Source of the DNA: Catajapyx aquilonaris
Taxonomy: Eukaryota
DNA length: 51,137 bases
Assembly: GCA_000934665.2 (NCBI GenBank)
Contig: KZ538814.1
Span: forward strand, 124,001-175,137
Reading direction: 5' to 3'
How positions within the stretch are numbered: the stretch's first letter is position 1; each line of letters opens with the position of its first letter. A program made the translations under genes and the position numbers. The notes beneath the pieces were generated by a model, which was given only the letters and a program-made list of their open reading frames with translations, was not told the DNA's origin and searched no databases. Below are positions 39,400 through 51,137 of this stretch, one piece after another.

Positions 39400-41330
39400 A
39401 CCGGATCACTCTCCACCCGATCGTTGAACTCCCTTACGTAACATATATTCTGACTGGTTCTGTAATTTTGGAATGGTTCGGCGCTACTTATGCGTCCGTG
39501 GGTCGGAGGCCATTCATATGTCCTTCCTTCCTTCCTTTCTTTCTTCTTCCTTGGCGGCCATCAGAACAGTAGGCGACCTCGGTAGTTTGGCCTGTCTCAA
39601 GGAGGAAGCGTTGGGCAAAAGAGAGCTGTTGCGGGTTCCTCAGATTGGGCTGTCTGCTGGCTTTGGTTGGTTGACCTTGGAGTAGGAGGATGACCTGCAC
39701 TGACTGCTGGCCCAGACAGTCAAGGCCTCCTCCGTCTCGACTACCCGCCCCAACCAAACTGCTCACTTCACCACCTAAGGACGTTTACCTCTCCGAGGAA
39801 GGAGGAGGAAACGGTTTGCACCATGCAACAATCATATTGAAAATAATATGGCGCCGGCGCCATATTCAGCTACGGGGATGCAATTTGCAGGCCGCTCTTT
39901 TTTTTGTGTCTGCTAATTGCCAATTGCCAGCGCCAATATGTTCCAACGACTATTTCATTGTTAAAAATTGCTGGAGTGATAAAACAGCTGAGAAGTGTTG
40001 GCAAAAAAATAATAATTAATGAGCGTAATGATACTGAGGGGATGACTCATGATATTGGGGGGTGAACAATTTTTTAATTTTGAGGGAGTGAAAATGCGGT
40101 ATGTGGTCGCCATATGGGTGTCCATTTGCCGGAGGGGCTGAAATTTTTGCGAGGGTGAGACAGTTGTTCATTTATCAAATGGCCACACCTTCATATCATA
40201 ATACGGGGGGACCTTTTCGGGCTCCCATAAGGGCGTTACCCCTTTGAACTCGGTCATTAACGCACCTGTCATCTAGGTCATCTAGTGAGGTCACGTGTGC
40301 CCTCTGAATTTACTTGGCTTACAAGCTCCACCGTTTATTTTGGGAGTTCAAGTAGTTGTTCATTCCATTTTGTTTTTTATCTGTCTCTGGGTGATGAGAT
40401 GCTGCACTATAGGGATCTATACCTCAGCTGACCAAAGACGGGCATGTAATTATTGGAGGGCTGCTTGACTGATGTGCAGAATCACGCAGCGATGCACTTG
40501 CGAGGTCATCAAATTGCCAATTTTAGCCCGTGGCCTAACCGCCTTTTGAAATACAAGCCTACGCATGGTAATGAGCCGCATTTTTTTTTCAGAGAGTACG
40601 TATAGGACTATAGGGGGAGATGGCGGTTTACACTAAATATGGCTACACACTGTTGAAAATTAGGGATTTCTGACAGTTGCCCTTATCACGTGCCAATATA
40701 TCTAGGTGGCTCTCTCCAGTTTTTATTTCTCTATAAAACGTACCCTGGTCGCCATAAAATCAAGTGGACCTTTCCTCCAAAGGACCCGCAGTCTAATTAG
40801 CTCAGAATGTAGCAATTACGGTCTGGCCCTAGGGTTTTACGTTTTAAAAGTATTATAGTACCATCGATACCCCCAAACTTCGTGCCTGGGGTTACAAACC
40901 CGTTAATTTTTTAAAAACATTTAAATAATTCATTTGTGTACTTTGTAGCCTCAAAAAATTGTGGGAGCCCACCTTGTTGATGAAATTGTCACAGGGCAGA
41001 TTAAATTTGCGCCAGTGAGTAGAGCCATGTTGTCAAAAGGGCAGGGCAGGTAACATCATTGCTGAGAAGTTTTTGCTTACTTGGGAGCAAAATTACTGGT
41101 TGGCCCCAGCAATATTACTGGCCTGAGCTTCAATACACCCGCTAATTTCACCCCCCCCCCCACCCCCTAATTTAGTGGGGCGCCTTATGGAAGCACATCT
41201 CACGAAGGGGGAGGTCACCTTTTTTTTTTAAAAAAAAAAAAGCACCCTGCATTTTTGGAGGAGGGTAGCAGGTGAATTTTTCATAGGGTCCGAACCTATA
41301 TAGTCCACCTGCGGCCTTAGTTGCAAGCTT
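39400..41330. pseudogene. Decayed coding-like block, unassigned
   Basis: GC-richer sequence with interrupted protein-like frames and homopolymer runs; no motif recognised. Confidence 0.2.
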
Positions 41331-41548
41331 ATCGGACTAATTGGTTAACTTTTAAAACCGCTGACTACAGGGTTTCGCTTATAAAAGTTGCGTGTTCAAT
41401 CTCTTTCCGCCTCTCTGGTATACGGGTGTGGTCGGAGCATTTTTATTCATTCATTCATTCATTCATTTCCTTGCAAAAATTAGGGTTGGACCAAAGTAGG
41501 CGATTGACAGTTTGTCACTTCTCACATGGTTATTGTTTTTGTTTTCAG

Positions 41549-41717
41549 CAAGAGAGACCACTTTTGTCAACTGGTGGATTACCTGACGGGGGACACCTGG
41601 CGTATAGGTGCGAGAGTGATTTGTCTTGTGCAGATTTCTCATCCACAGTGGAAAGAGCTGATTGAAGCCAGTTGGGGACATATGCTGATGGACATCTTGG
41701 ATGCTGTGGGCTGGTGA
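41549..41717 (+). pseudogene. Possible decayed terminal exon of a P2X7-ballast-like (KolX-like) transposon ORF
   Basis: Preceded by acceptor-like TTGTTTTTGTTTTCAG. Frames give CQLVDY and GHLAYRCESDLSCA..LGTYADG, loosely resembling YRQxVxW..GxLG..R..LPSCA..GxYxG. Confidence 0.2.
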
Positions 41718-42739
41718 AGATTTGCAGATGATTCATTCTTGCGAATTTTTGTGCTGAGTTATTTATTGATGGTCATGTATTGCATGGAAATCTTGTGCAA
41801 AATAAAAAAGGGAACTAACGTGCTGTGTTTGTTTGACAGAACTTATTGCAGCAATAAATACTTTTGTCTTCTATATTTTACCTGTGTTATTTCTCCGTTG
41901 TCAGTAATTTACACTATTTTCTGATGCTTTCTGCAATTCAGATAGTTTACCAAATCTTTTTGTCAATATCTCTGTCAGGTATCGCCAATTAGGAATATCC
42001 CTTTGGAATGAAGTGAAATTATTTTATTACTGTTGTTAATGGCGTTGCCACCTTTCTAAATATAACTTACAAGTACTTAGGCATTTACCATGATAATTGA
42101 CAATTCTGTCCTACTGTTTTTCACTTCGGAATTAACCGACACGACGAAGTTGGTGGTTACTGATGAGAAATGGTTTTTGTGTACTGAAATAGGATGATTG
42201 GTATATGTGGTCAATTTTTGCAACGTATAGTATTGTAATTTTTATCTGTTGTAGGTAACAAAGCATACACAATATAATTAGTGTGCAAATTTAGATCTGA
42301 TGCAACACTAAAAACAGTACAGTTTACTGTCATTTTCATAGCTGAACCTTTGATCAGTGACCCGGTAATTTACACGATTTACGCTGATTCCGATTGCATG
42401 GAATTGCCCAGTGACATAGGTATATGCGGGAAATCAATTTTGGACATTTTTGAGGTGTTTAAAGAGTCAGCTTTCACGTTGCACAGAAATATGCGTATGT
42501 AAAGGGCAGATAATAAATTGGGCATATGCTATACCCGATTGTGATGAGGCCTGGTTATTGCCTGTAGGCTTATACTACACTGTATACTATACGCCTATAC
42601 TAATTCTGGCCATGTAGTAAATGCCTCACTATCTGCCAGCGACACACATGCAGTACATTTTTTCCCCACAAATTAGGTTCTAGAATATAATTTACAAACG
42701 ACGCAAATTGATCCATAAATAAATTCTGCTCAACATAAC

Positions 42740-45150
42740 TTAGGCACCATTTATTTTAAACAGCCTCCTGGAAAATGGCCGAAGTCCATCACTGGTAGCT
42801 CCAGCAGTGCCAAAGTAAGTAAGGCTATTTCAGCATCCTAACCTGCCGATATCATTGGTCAGCTCTTAGGGGCTTGCATCAACCCCCAACTGTCACAACC
42901 TTAATAAGATCAGCTTAAGAGCAGCCACAAAAAAGGACATAGTAGGGTTGCACTAATAAAGTCGCCCATGATGGGTTATCTCTGCTGGTCGAGATATTTT
43001 AGCACTTGGTCTGTGCCCTATCGCAATGCAATTAGGCTACCGGAGAGCTGGTCACGTTGTCGATGTAGCGGACAGATAAGTTCGGTTCGAAAGGCAAACA
43101 CCGCAGAGGCCTACCCTGTAGGCCTAAACGAGAAACAAGCTGCTAATGAGAGTGAGAAAATCTTTTTTTAACTTACAAATCGTTCCCGAAATGAAGTCCG
43201 TGCTATCGCACTCATATAATTGAATGAAGACATGCTACTTTCCTACCCTCTGATACCCTCATTTTTTATCCCTCCCACCCAAATTCAAGAGGGCAACAAA
43301 AAAAAATCAGGCGTTATCAAGTTCACCCATTTCCATTCCTAATTGTAGCCACCAGATTTCTTATGTCACATTAGTTTGTTAATTGCAGGATGTTGTGCCG
43401 CAGCCAGTCGTAATCAAAAGATGATAATCGTAGGGGCCTCAGAGTTGAGTTATGTCTCGTCTGCAAGCTGCTGATGATGATAAAAAAGCGGAACCAAAAT
43501 TTGACTAGCGGATCGCCCATTCACGCAACGCCTTGTGATAATAATAACAATAATAGCAGGCCAGGGCGTCACAATGTAAATGCAAGGTAATGGAAAATCC
43601 GGGCCCAGGCACGTGTGCACGAAATTCTCATTTCCTATACCTTCTCTGACATGACGGGGGGTTTACTTTTTTTTCTGGTCGTGTCCGATTCGTACGTGAG
43701 TCAGCATGACTTGGCCATTGGTGAGTAACAGGTTAAGGCCTTCGGTTAGAGCGAAAATGCTGGTACTACTCTAGCTGCCAGGGGTCCTTTGTGCCAGGCC
43801 AAAGTGATGACCTCTAGGACAGCAGCAGTTCGCTTGGGTGAACATTGCCTTTGGAGTGACCGTTGCCAACCGTTGCCCACTTTTTATCGGATGCCAACTT
43901 GTCTCATTTTTATCCCATTTTTGTGTCCGCTTGTTCCGATGTCTAGTCTACATGGAGTGGAAAGAAGTCTGTTTTTTTCCTAGGTGGAGGGCACACACAC
44001 ACAAAAAAAATTGACTTTTGAGGGTCTCTTAGCATTCATTTGGGGCACAAAAAATGGACCGGCACGCGCCGACCCTTCCAGTGGTAGAACCCGCTTTTTA
44101 TTATTTGAACCCACCACCACAGACTATACGGAGGGTCCCAGCAGTAATATATTTTAACAGCAATGTTGCCTCAATTTAAGGGTCGCACGTTTCAAAAAGG
44201 TTCGACCTACTACCTAAAATAGTGTTTGATTGTATCAGTTACAGACGGCCAAACACCAAGTTGCATATTTCGACACCATAAGAAAGGACCACCCTTGAAC
44301 AAACATTTTGTTATACATTTTGAGCAAATTTGTCAGCATATGTCCAACTCTTATATGAAACCTCACTGATTAAACTTCATGTATGAAAGTCCTGACTGCA
44401 TATAGAAATTATGCAATAAAATGTGAGGGTGGCCATGATTACATGTAGCCTGCTAGAAAACTGGTCCTGTCAGAACAGATTTAAAAAAAAAATGACTACA
44501 CGAAAGAAGAGTTATGGAAAAGTACCTCGCCCGATATAACGCTGACTAACAGGGCAGAGTAATCGTGGCCCTCGTGACCTCTTGCTCTCCTTCAAACGGC
44601 AAGTAATCCGTTAGATTCATGTCGGTTTGAGAGTCCCGGTCATGCTTGGAACTGGTCGTAGTCTCAATAAGCGTGGGAGGCAAAGGGTGAAGGAAGACCC
44701 TGGGTTTTCTGTTGCGACAATAAATTTCACCAACGCCATTTTCTGCCCCCATCCTATAAACGCACCTGGCCCTTGCCAACTGCCATTTTAGTCCTCCCAC
44801 GCCATGGCTAAGATGGCTGCCCACGCGACCAGGACTGAGGCTGAGGAATATTTAAAAAATGGCCGACGCGTGAGGCCAACCTCCTACCTTTTTTTTGTGC
44901 AAACTTAGGTGGAGGGATGGGATGGGGGTGAGATTTTTTTTTGCGGGTGCTTCTGACAGTTTGCTAAAAATTGCGGCCCAGACGCTGTCTGGGGAAATAC
45001 GAGCTGCATAGGGGGGGTCAGCAACCCCCTCTTCGTGCAAGTTGCATGTATGCATGTGTGCATGTATGCACTCAGACGAGACCCCCACTTTCATAGAGCA
45101 GATATTCAGAGCAGTTATTATTGTTATTATGCGCATCTCGTTGTCAACGC
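42740..45150. pseudogene. Decayed coding-like block, unassigned
   Basis: Interrupted protein-like frames (e.g. - 44546-44824); composition resembles the 7-26 kb block. Confidence 0.2.
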
Positions 45151-48100
45151 GGCATCATATTAGGAACGTGAGTAAGTTGAGGCGTGCAAGGGCCGTTACC
45201 GTGTATAGCTTATTTAGAGAGACGGAGTTTTTTAAAGCTTGTGACACAGACGTGCTACTTCAGAGGGGTCAGATCTGGAGGTCAAAGTGCCTCTATGGTC
45301 AGATTCAAGATGAGATGAACAGTACATCGCCCAGAATAATAATTGTAGGCGTGCACTACTGGAATGTCCGTTGAGTCTAACGTATATACGTTACATAATA
45401 ATAGTCCTCGAGTCAAGTACCTGCTGTATGATGATGCATAAAATGTGGTTCGTGCTCACTTTGAGCTAACGATTTATTCCAGATCGTAACATTCAGGATG
45501 CAAAGTTCCATGATATTCATGTAGTCGATGCATGTGCTCCACGTCTGAGCATCAATTATATTATTGCGGCGGTTGAAATTGTTATTGCACTATGACCGTG
45601 GATGCCTTGGCACATACGACGTGCAGTATTTCCTTGCCTGTACTGAGAATAGCCTCACAAAACAATATTGGGCGCCTAACTGCCTTAATGGTTTCAAGAC
45701 CGGGCATTTCTTTTTGCTTGTTGATGCAGACTGTGACCAATATATCAGAACCTGTTTGTGCCAGGGACTACAAAGGACGTTTATGTTTCATACGACACAA
45801 ATGCAGAATTACTTTGCAAAACACACGCCAAATACTGTAAAAATAGTGTCATTATAACATTTACATAATTATTCACGCGACGTTTGCGCATGAATATGCA
45901 ACCTATTCTCGAGGTTGAACAGAGCTTACCAAACAAATAAGTAACGTGTCCGTATATGTAGTCCCATTTTTTGAAAGGACGGATAGTTTAGACTACTGAA
46001 TTTCTTGGCGGCATGCGATAAATACGTAGGCCTATTTTATAGGCATGTTTATGTGAGGGTTTAAACAAAATTGCAATTTTATCGAAATATTAAGGCACAA
46101 ACGAAACGACTACATGTCATGTATATTATGAATAAACAGGAACTTGCCCAGTACGGTATTTGCTTTTCATGTAACTGAAAGTTGGGATTTTGATTTCTGT
46201 CATGACAATGCTTCACACATGGAGAGTAACTCAAAATTATTTCAGCCATACTTTTTAAATATCTGACAAGAATTATTATCTTATCACTGCAAGGCACTAA
46301 TGATACAGGAACAACACATCCAGTGAGAAACATATCAATGTGACGTCAGAGTTCTTTCAGACAAATTTTCAGGTAATGCAGGTTTATTTGTTCCCGGTCT
46401 TTTTAACCATCCATATTTTCCTTCTCTACATTGGTCATGAAAACGTTGATTACTATTATTTAATGTGTTACATTCTGAGTGTTACTGCATCGTCAATCTC
46501 TAAATTTTAACTTACATTAGCTCAAGCCAAACCCGACAAAAAAATTGCGAGGGACCTCCTGCATGAGGACATCGTTTTCCAATCCAGTTAGACTAAATTT
46601 TGTTCTGTTAGTCTTCCCTAAGCCTGCTCTGTGGCTGGCTTCAACTGATGTTAGTACCAGGGCTTTCACCTATCTTGAAAAAATCCAGTCACCCAGGCGA
46701 GAGAGGATCCTTTAGGGCTTTACAAAAGATGGATGGAAGCACTGGTTACGTCATCCAGCAAGGATTCACCTGCCCACATTGTGATATTATTTTTCGCGCA
46801 TTCTTGGGTTTCGTGTCACGACTGCAACAGGATAGCTGAAAAGATTTATAACTATTTGGATTTGATATTAACTTCATAATACTGAGGACTGCACTGCATC
46901 AGACTATAGTGTATTTTGATATCTACACGTATATTTATCACAGATATATGTTACCATGGTCGTTAGGTTTTAACAACTGCGTTTTTTTGTGGAATTTTGC
47001 TCGTGGGAAGAAAAGGAAGAACCCCGAGAAATACCACATGAACACTAAGGGAATCAATCGAAACCCTTTCAACATGAAAAAGCCCGCTCTCTGACCCGGG
47101 GATCGAAAGCAGGACCTCATTGATGTGGAGCTAACCACTACACCACCCAGCCACCTTCATAATATATCCTCAGCTTGCACTGTTATGAGGACACTTTTAA
47201 GTATTCCTTTGTGGTTTATGAGTTCAAACCTTCCTATTCAACTGCGAATTTTAACCAGAGCATGCTCATGATGGAAGTATTTTCGCCCAATTTTTAACAA
47301 TGCGCCTTTGCACGTAGCCTTATAGCAGTGATGATTATAAGGGACCCTAATGAGGCAATTAATTTTGGTTGTGCAGAAATATGGATCTGGACATGATGAG
47401 ATTGCTGTAAGGCTTCTCGTTATTACAGTATTTTAAAACACTTCTGAACCAAGAATCCAACATGTTATTAAAGGTAGGTCTACGTTATTGCTGTCTAAAA
47501 TAACAAAAACTCCCTGCCTACCTTATGTGATGCAACATGGCCTAAAAAGATTCTTCTGCATAAAACACGGTTCATACATATCTACATTGCCTAACGTAAA
47601 CAAATTTATGCTGTATAAACGTACAGCACATTTCAACAGGAACACTATACAAAAATGAATGACTGAACTACCCGAGCCATATTTTGATCAAAATTTAGTT
47701 AAAAATCGACTGATATTTTGTAATAGTCAAAACAATTTTCTGATGGAGAAATTACAGACCGCTCGAGAAATGTTTGGAAAAAAATCCGTATGGGATAAGC
47801 ATATACTGCACATTTGAAACCTTGGCATCTCAAAATCAATCAGACGTGATTCTGACTCTTCTGCACTTCCAGATGTCCATGTTATTATTCATCGTCCGAA
47901 AGAAAAACCTGAACTAAATTTTTTTTTCTCCAAAAGAGCAGTGTAATATTATACTATAGTTAACAGCTTGTTGGTAATTAGTGATGACTTGCTTTTGAAA
48001 TTTTATACTCATGGTCTTGGGGTATCATTAAATCTGAAATTCGTTGCAATTTAGGCCTACTGTATAACATTAACGATCTGAAATTAAAATAAACAACATG

Positions 48101-48189
48101 AAAACCAGAGGAACCAAAATACGCCACCCTCTGTATAGTCTGTCAAAATAACCCAGGGTGTTCCAATTGCATGTCCCTTTTAGTGAGCA

Positions 48190-48462
48190 AAGCTGCTTCT
48201 TTTTAAGCAGTTACTGTATATAATTTTTAGTAGTTATCAAAGTATTAGCTCCTAATATTAGATCGAGGTGAATCATATGTCCAACTCCGAATGCAATGAA
48301 TGTCCGATTGGCAATGGCCCACTGGAACAATTGGCATCAAACGTCATTGATGGATTTGCAGGCGATAAAAAGGATGGTCCGCTTGCAACCCTATATTATC
48401 AGCTAATACTTTTCGTAACCACTAAAATTAGCAACTGAAAAGTAACTAAAAATAAGCAGCTT
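48190..48462. mobile_element. Degenerate palindromic MITE (~270 bp)
   Basis: AAGCTGCTT..TTTTAGTAGTTATCAAAGTATTAGCT..TAATAT (48190-48258) is inverted at 48393-48462. Confidence 0.7.
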
Positions 48463-49191
48463 AGTGTGAAAAATTGCTAACTATAAAATCCTAGTTGCCG
48501 TCTTTTTGCTCAGTTAAATTTGCTGGTCTCCTGGAAACTGTCAGATATACAGTCGAGGGGCTGGACAATCGTCTTTGGTGAATCCTCCATATAAATTATA
48601 AGAAATCTAGGATGAATCATGGCAAATCTCGTATGTTTTTGTCGGAATGCCGACCCATCGGCTGATTTTAGGCATAAATCCGCACTTGCTATATCTAGCA
48701 TAGAGTCGTGAAGTGGCATTGTGAGCATTCCACATGGCATTTGGTTATCTGGCAACAGAGAGCCTCATAAAATTAGGCCTAATAGGGTACTACGGAATTA
48801 CAGTGTGGCGTATATTATCCCGCCCTCGGTGACGCCATCGTACCAGTTTAATCAGGTTTGCATAAGCAAAGTAGGCCTATACACCAAAAATGACAGCCAG
48901 AACAACCTCCTGCATTATAATTGCAGTAAAAGTTATATGTACTATATATAAAACGCTAATATTCTATATAATATTGTACATCAAAATTTCCAACAATCGT
49001 ATCCTGGCGCTGTATACAACTGTCAGCATTCTATCAAGGTGAATATAATTCTTTTAAGCTCTCACATTGCTCGAGTGTACTAAGGTATAAGTGGACGTAA
49101 ACCTACTTTACTTTGTTTCACCAAGTTAGGTTGATCATCGTATTTGTGCTAACTACGTAAAGAAATACAAGCAGATTTTCGCAACCAAGAA

Positions 49192-49446
49192 TGAAGACCT
49201 CGGGGGAAGAACGATCAAGGTCCACCTCATGTGAAACTGAGATATTACAATTTCAAATTTCGAAGACCCATAAGGTTCCATTGTACACCTCACATTCGGG
49301 GTCTTCCATAGTGACCTATGATCATTACTCCACAACCACGACCAACCCATTATAATTCTAAGCACTATAGTGAAAGTATCTTCTGAGATATGTTACTCAT
49401 TTTTGACAAAAAGTGGACCTTGATCGTTCTTCTCCCGAAGTCTTCA
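49192..49446. mobile_element. MITE-like element with 34-bp inverted repeats
   Basis: TGAAGACCTCGGGGGAAGAACGATCAAGGTCCAC (49192-49225) matches the reverse complement of 49413-49446 at 32/34. Weaker pairing extends on both sides. Confidence 0.8.
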
Positions 49447-50206
49447 ATTAGTCTGCAGCATAACATCTGCGATGATATGAATATCAGAAGTGCAGTGTCT
49501 TAAACCGCAAAGTCAAAAATGTAGGGGCTAGAATAATATTTCTAGAGGTATAGACGACCAGACACATTTGCCTCACCTAGACACACGCGATAACCCACAT
49601 TGCAGCTAAAAGCATGCAGAACAGCCCGTGAACATGCAGTAGTTGCCTAGGCAGCAAGATGTATGATAGTGATTACTGTGCAACTGCCATGTAATGGCAG
49701 AATAATTAATAATTTATCTGACGTTTTCTTGGCTTCTTTATTGGCAGAAGAAACTCCAGGCCTTTATAACTCCTCCGCTGTGCCTCTCATTATATTTTAC
49801 CTGTTCAAGTCAAAGATGCACAAACTTTTATTATCATTATACAGTTAATTTGTACTAGGAAAATAATTATTATCGTATTACAACTGCAATTGCGAATGGA
49901 TGCGAAGGATATAACTACAGGTAAGTTATCTCTTTTAAGGGTGGAGAAATTAACAAGTTACTTTTCACTTGAGAGCCACGGCATATTTTGTTGTGCAATT
50001 AATTATTGTAAAATAAGCTTTCTGCTAGAGCAATTCGCCTCAATTAGCGGAAAGATAGGAAAAACACGATCCCTTAATAGTGGAAGCGGTAGCTGGAAAA
50101 ACCTGGCATTTGATGATGAAAGTGTGCCACTTGGCATGGTGCTTCCTAGGACCATAAGGAATGATTCCGGAAGTGGAGCCGAAGATTTCGTCCATTAGGA
50201 TTCAAG

Positions 50207-50495
50207 ATGGCGGCCAATAATGAAACTTGCCTCCATTGTTACAAAATCGGTATTTTTCGCAGGAAATTGACGATTGAGGAGTCGATTCCAATCAATATGA
50301 AGTCTCTGAACCCGAATCTAATGTCAGAATACAGTTTTAACACATTTGAAACCAATATGGCGGCCAATAATGAAAATGGCATCCATTGTTACAAAATAGG
50401 TACCGTATTTTTCGCAGGAAATTGACAATTGAGGAGTCCATTCCTAGCAATACGAAGTCGCTGAACACGATTTTAGTGTCAGAAGACAGTTTTTT
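50207..50495. repeat. ~150-bp tandem repeat, 2 diverged copies
   Basis: Units start ATGGCGGCCAATAATGAAA at 50207 and 50357 and share CCATTGTTACAAAAT and TATTTTTCGCAGGAAATTGAC. The end of unit 2 resumes after the SINE at ~50884. Confidence 0.9.
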
Positions 50496-50496
50496 A

Positions 50497-50556
<60 letters not shown>

Positions 50557-50880
50557 TGGGTATAGGCGTACCCCTATTGGGGTCTTGCCGGACCTTTATT
50601 AATTTGTCAGAATACAATTTTGGCTCATATTTGTACAGCGCCCGGGCCCACGGGCAGGAAGGGATGACAGGAGGGGATGTGCAAGTGCAGTGCCTTGTCC
50701 GCATGTGGTCGTTTTGTGAGCTCCCCCGGGTGGATTAGTCTGTGGATATTCCACCCGAGACGAAGTCAGAGACGAGACTTTACTCTGCACGAGATGAAGG
50801 GGGTGTCCCCGGGCCGGGATCGAACCCGGGACCTTAACATCCGTGGGCGCGAACGTTACCGTTGCGCCACTTCGCCTCCC
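50497..50880 (-). mobile_element. Apparently full-length tRNA-derived SINE with (ATT)20 tail
   Basis: Minus strand has Pol III A box TGGCGCAACGG (50869-50859) and B box GGTTCGATCCC (50826-50816) with a T-stem, a ~250-bp tRNA-unrelated body and (AAT)20 at 50497-50556. Probable TSD AGAAGAC(A/T)GTTT at 50481-50492 and 50884-50895. Confidence 0.92.
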
Positions 50881-50909
50881 TTAAGAAGACTGTTTGAACA
50901 CGTTTTAAA

Positions 50910-51137
50910 CAGTGGCGGATTTCCCATTAGGCACAATAGGCACTGGCCTAGGGGCGGCCGCGAGTTGCAATAAATAATATTTCTCAAATACAATAATAAG
51001 AAATGATGGCGAGATCACAAAGAAAAGCAAATTGTTGACAGCTTGAATTGCCACTACATGCAGAAAAGGTAATCGCCAAAGGGCGGCCATAACTTTCTAT
51101 ATAATATTTTCGGTTCTCAAACTGTGGGGCGCCCCCC
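50910..51137. mobile_element. Possible left end of an hAT-like MITE, cut by the window edge
   Basis: Begins CAGTGGCGGATTT followed by repeated TAGGCAC motifs. The partner TIR is not in the window. Confidence 0.25.

Noticed and set aside
40422..40466. PQLTKDGHVIIGGLL resembles the N-terminus of class C GPCRs
   Set aside because: An isolated short match followed by a stop, with no supporting exon context.
47469..49110. Possible TIR pair TAAAGGTAGGTCTACGT / ACGTAAACCTACTTTA
   Set aside because: Short and imperfect; the similarity does not convincingly extend inward.
50444..50704. Poly-Tyr ORF (and the poly-Leu ORF at 31666-31881)
   Set aside because: These are translations of AAT microsatellite tails.
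50800..50880. Possible tRNA gene
   Set aside because: A and B boxes are present but there is no proper acceptor stem, and it continues into a body, tail and TSD, so it is a SINE head.

Overview
Eukaryotic, most likely animal, genomic DNA. A marine invertebrate is plausible from the AAT microsatellites, tRNA-derived SINE, many MITEs and frequent TAGGCCTA, but this cannot be proven from the window. No intact protein-coding gene or recognisable exon chain is present; the longest ORF is 166 aa. AT-rich intergenic DNA carries several MITE/foldback elements, two (ATT)n-tailed retroposon insertions with target-site duplications, and two abutting perfect palindromes. More GC-rich blocks (mainly ~7.1-26.6 kb, also ~2.05-2.43, 32-35, 39.4-41.3 and 42.7-45.1 kb) read as densely packed, heavily decayed ORFs with no evident introns. 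In these I can tentatively trace an ordered set of C5 cytosine DNA-methyltransferase motifs, a RING-finger remnant and an SF3-helicase-like P-loop. My best interpretation (inference) is a fossil large mobile element or endogenous DNA virus that carried its own DNA methyltransferase. No polymerase, capsid or integrase hallmark and no termini could be identified by eye.
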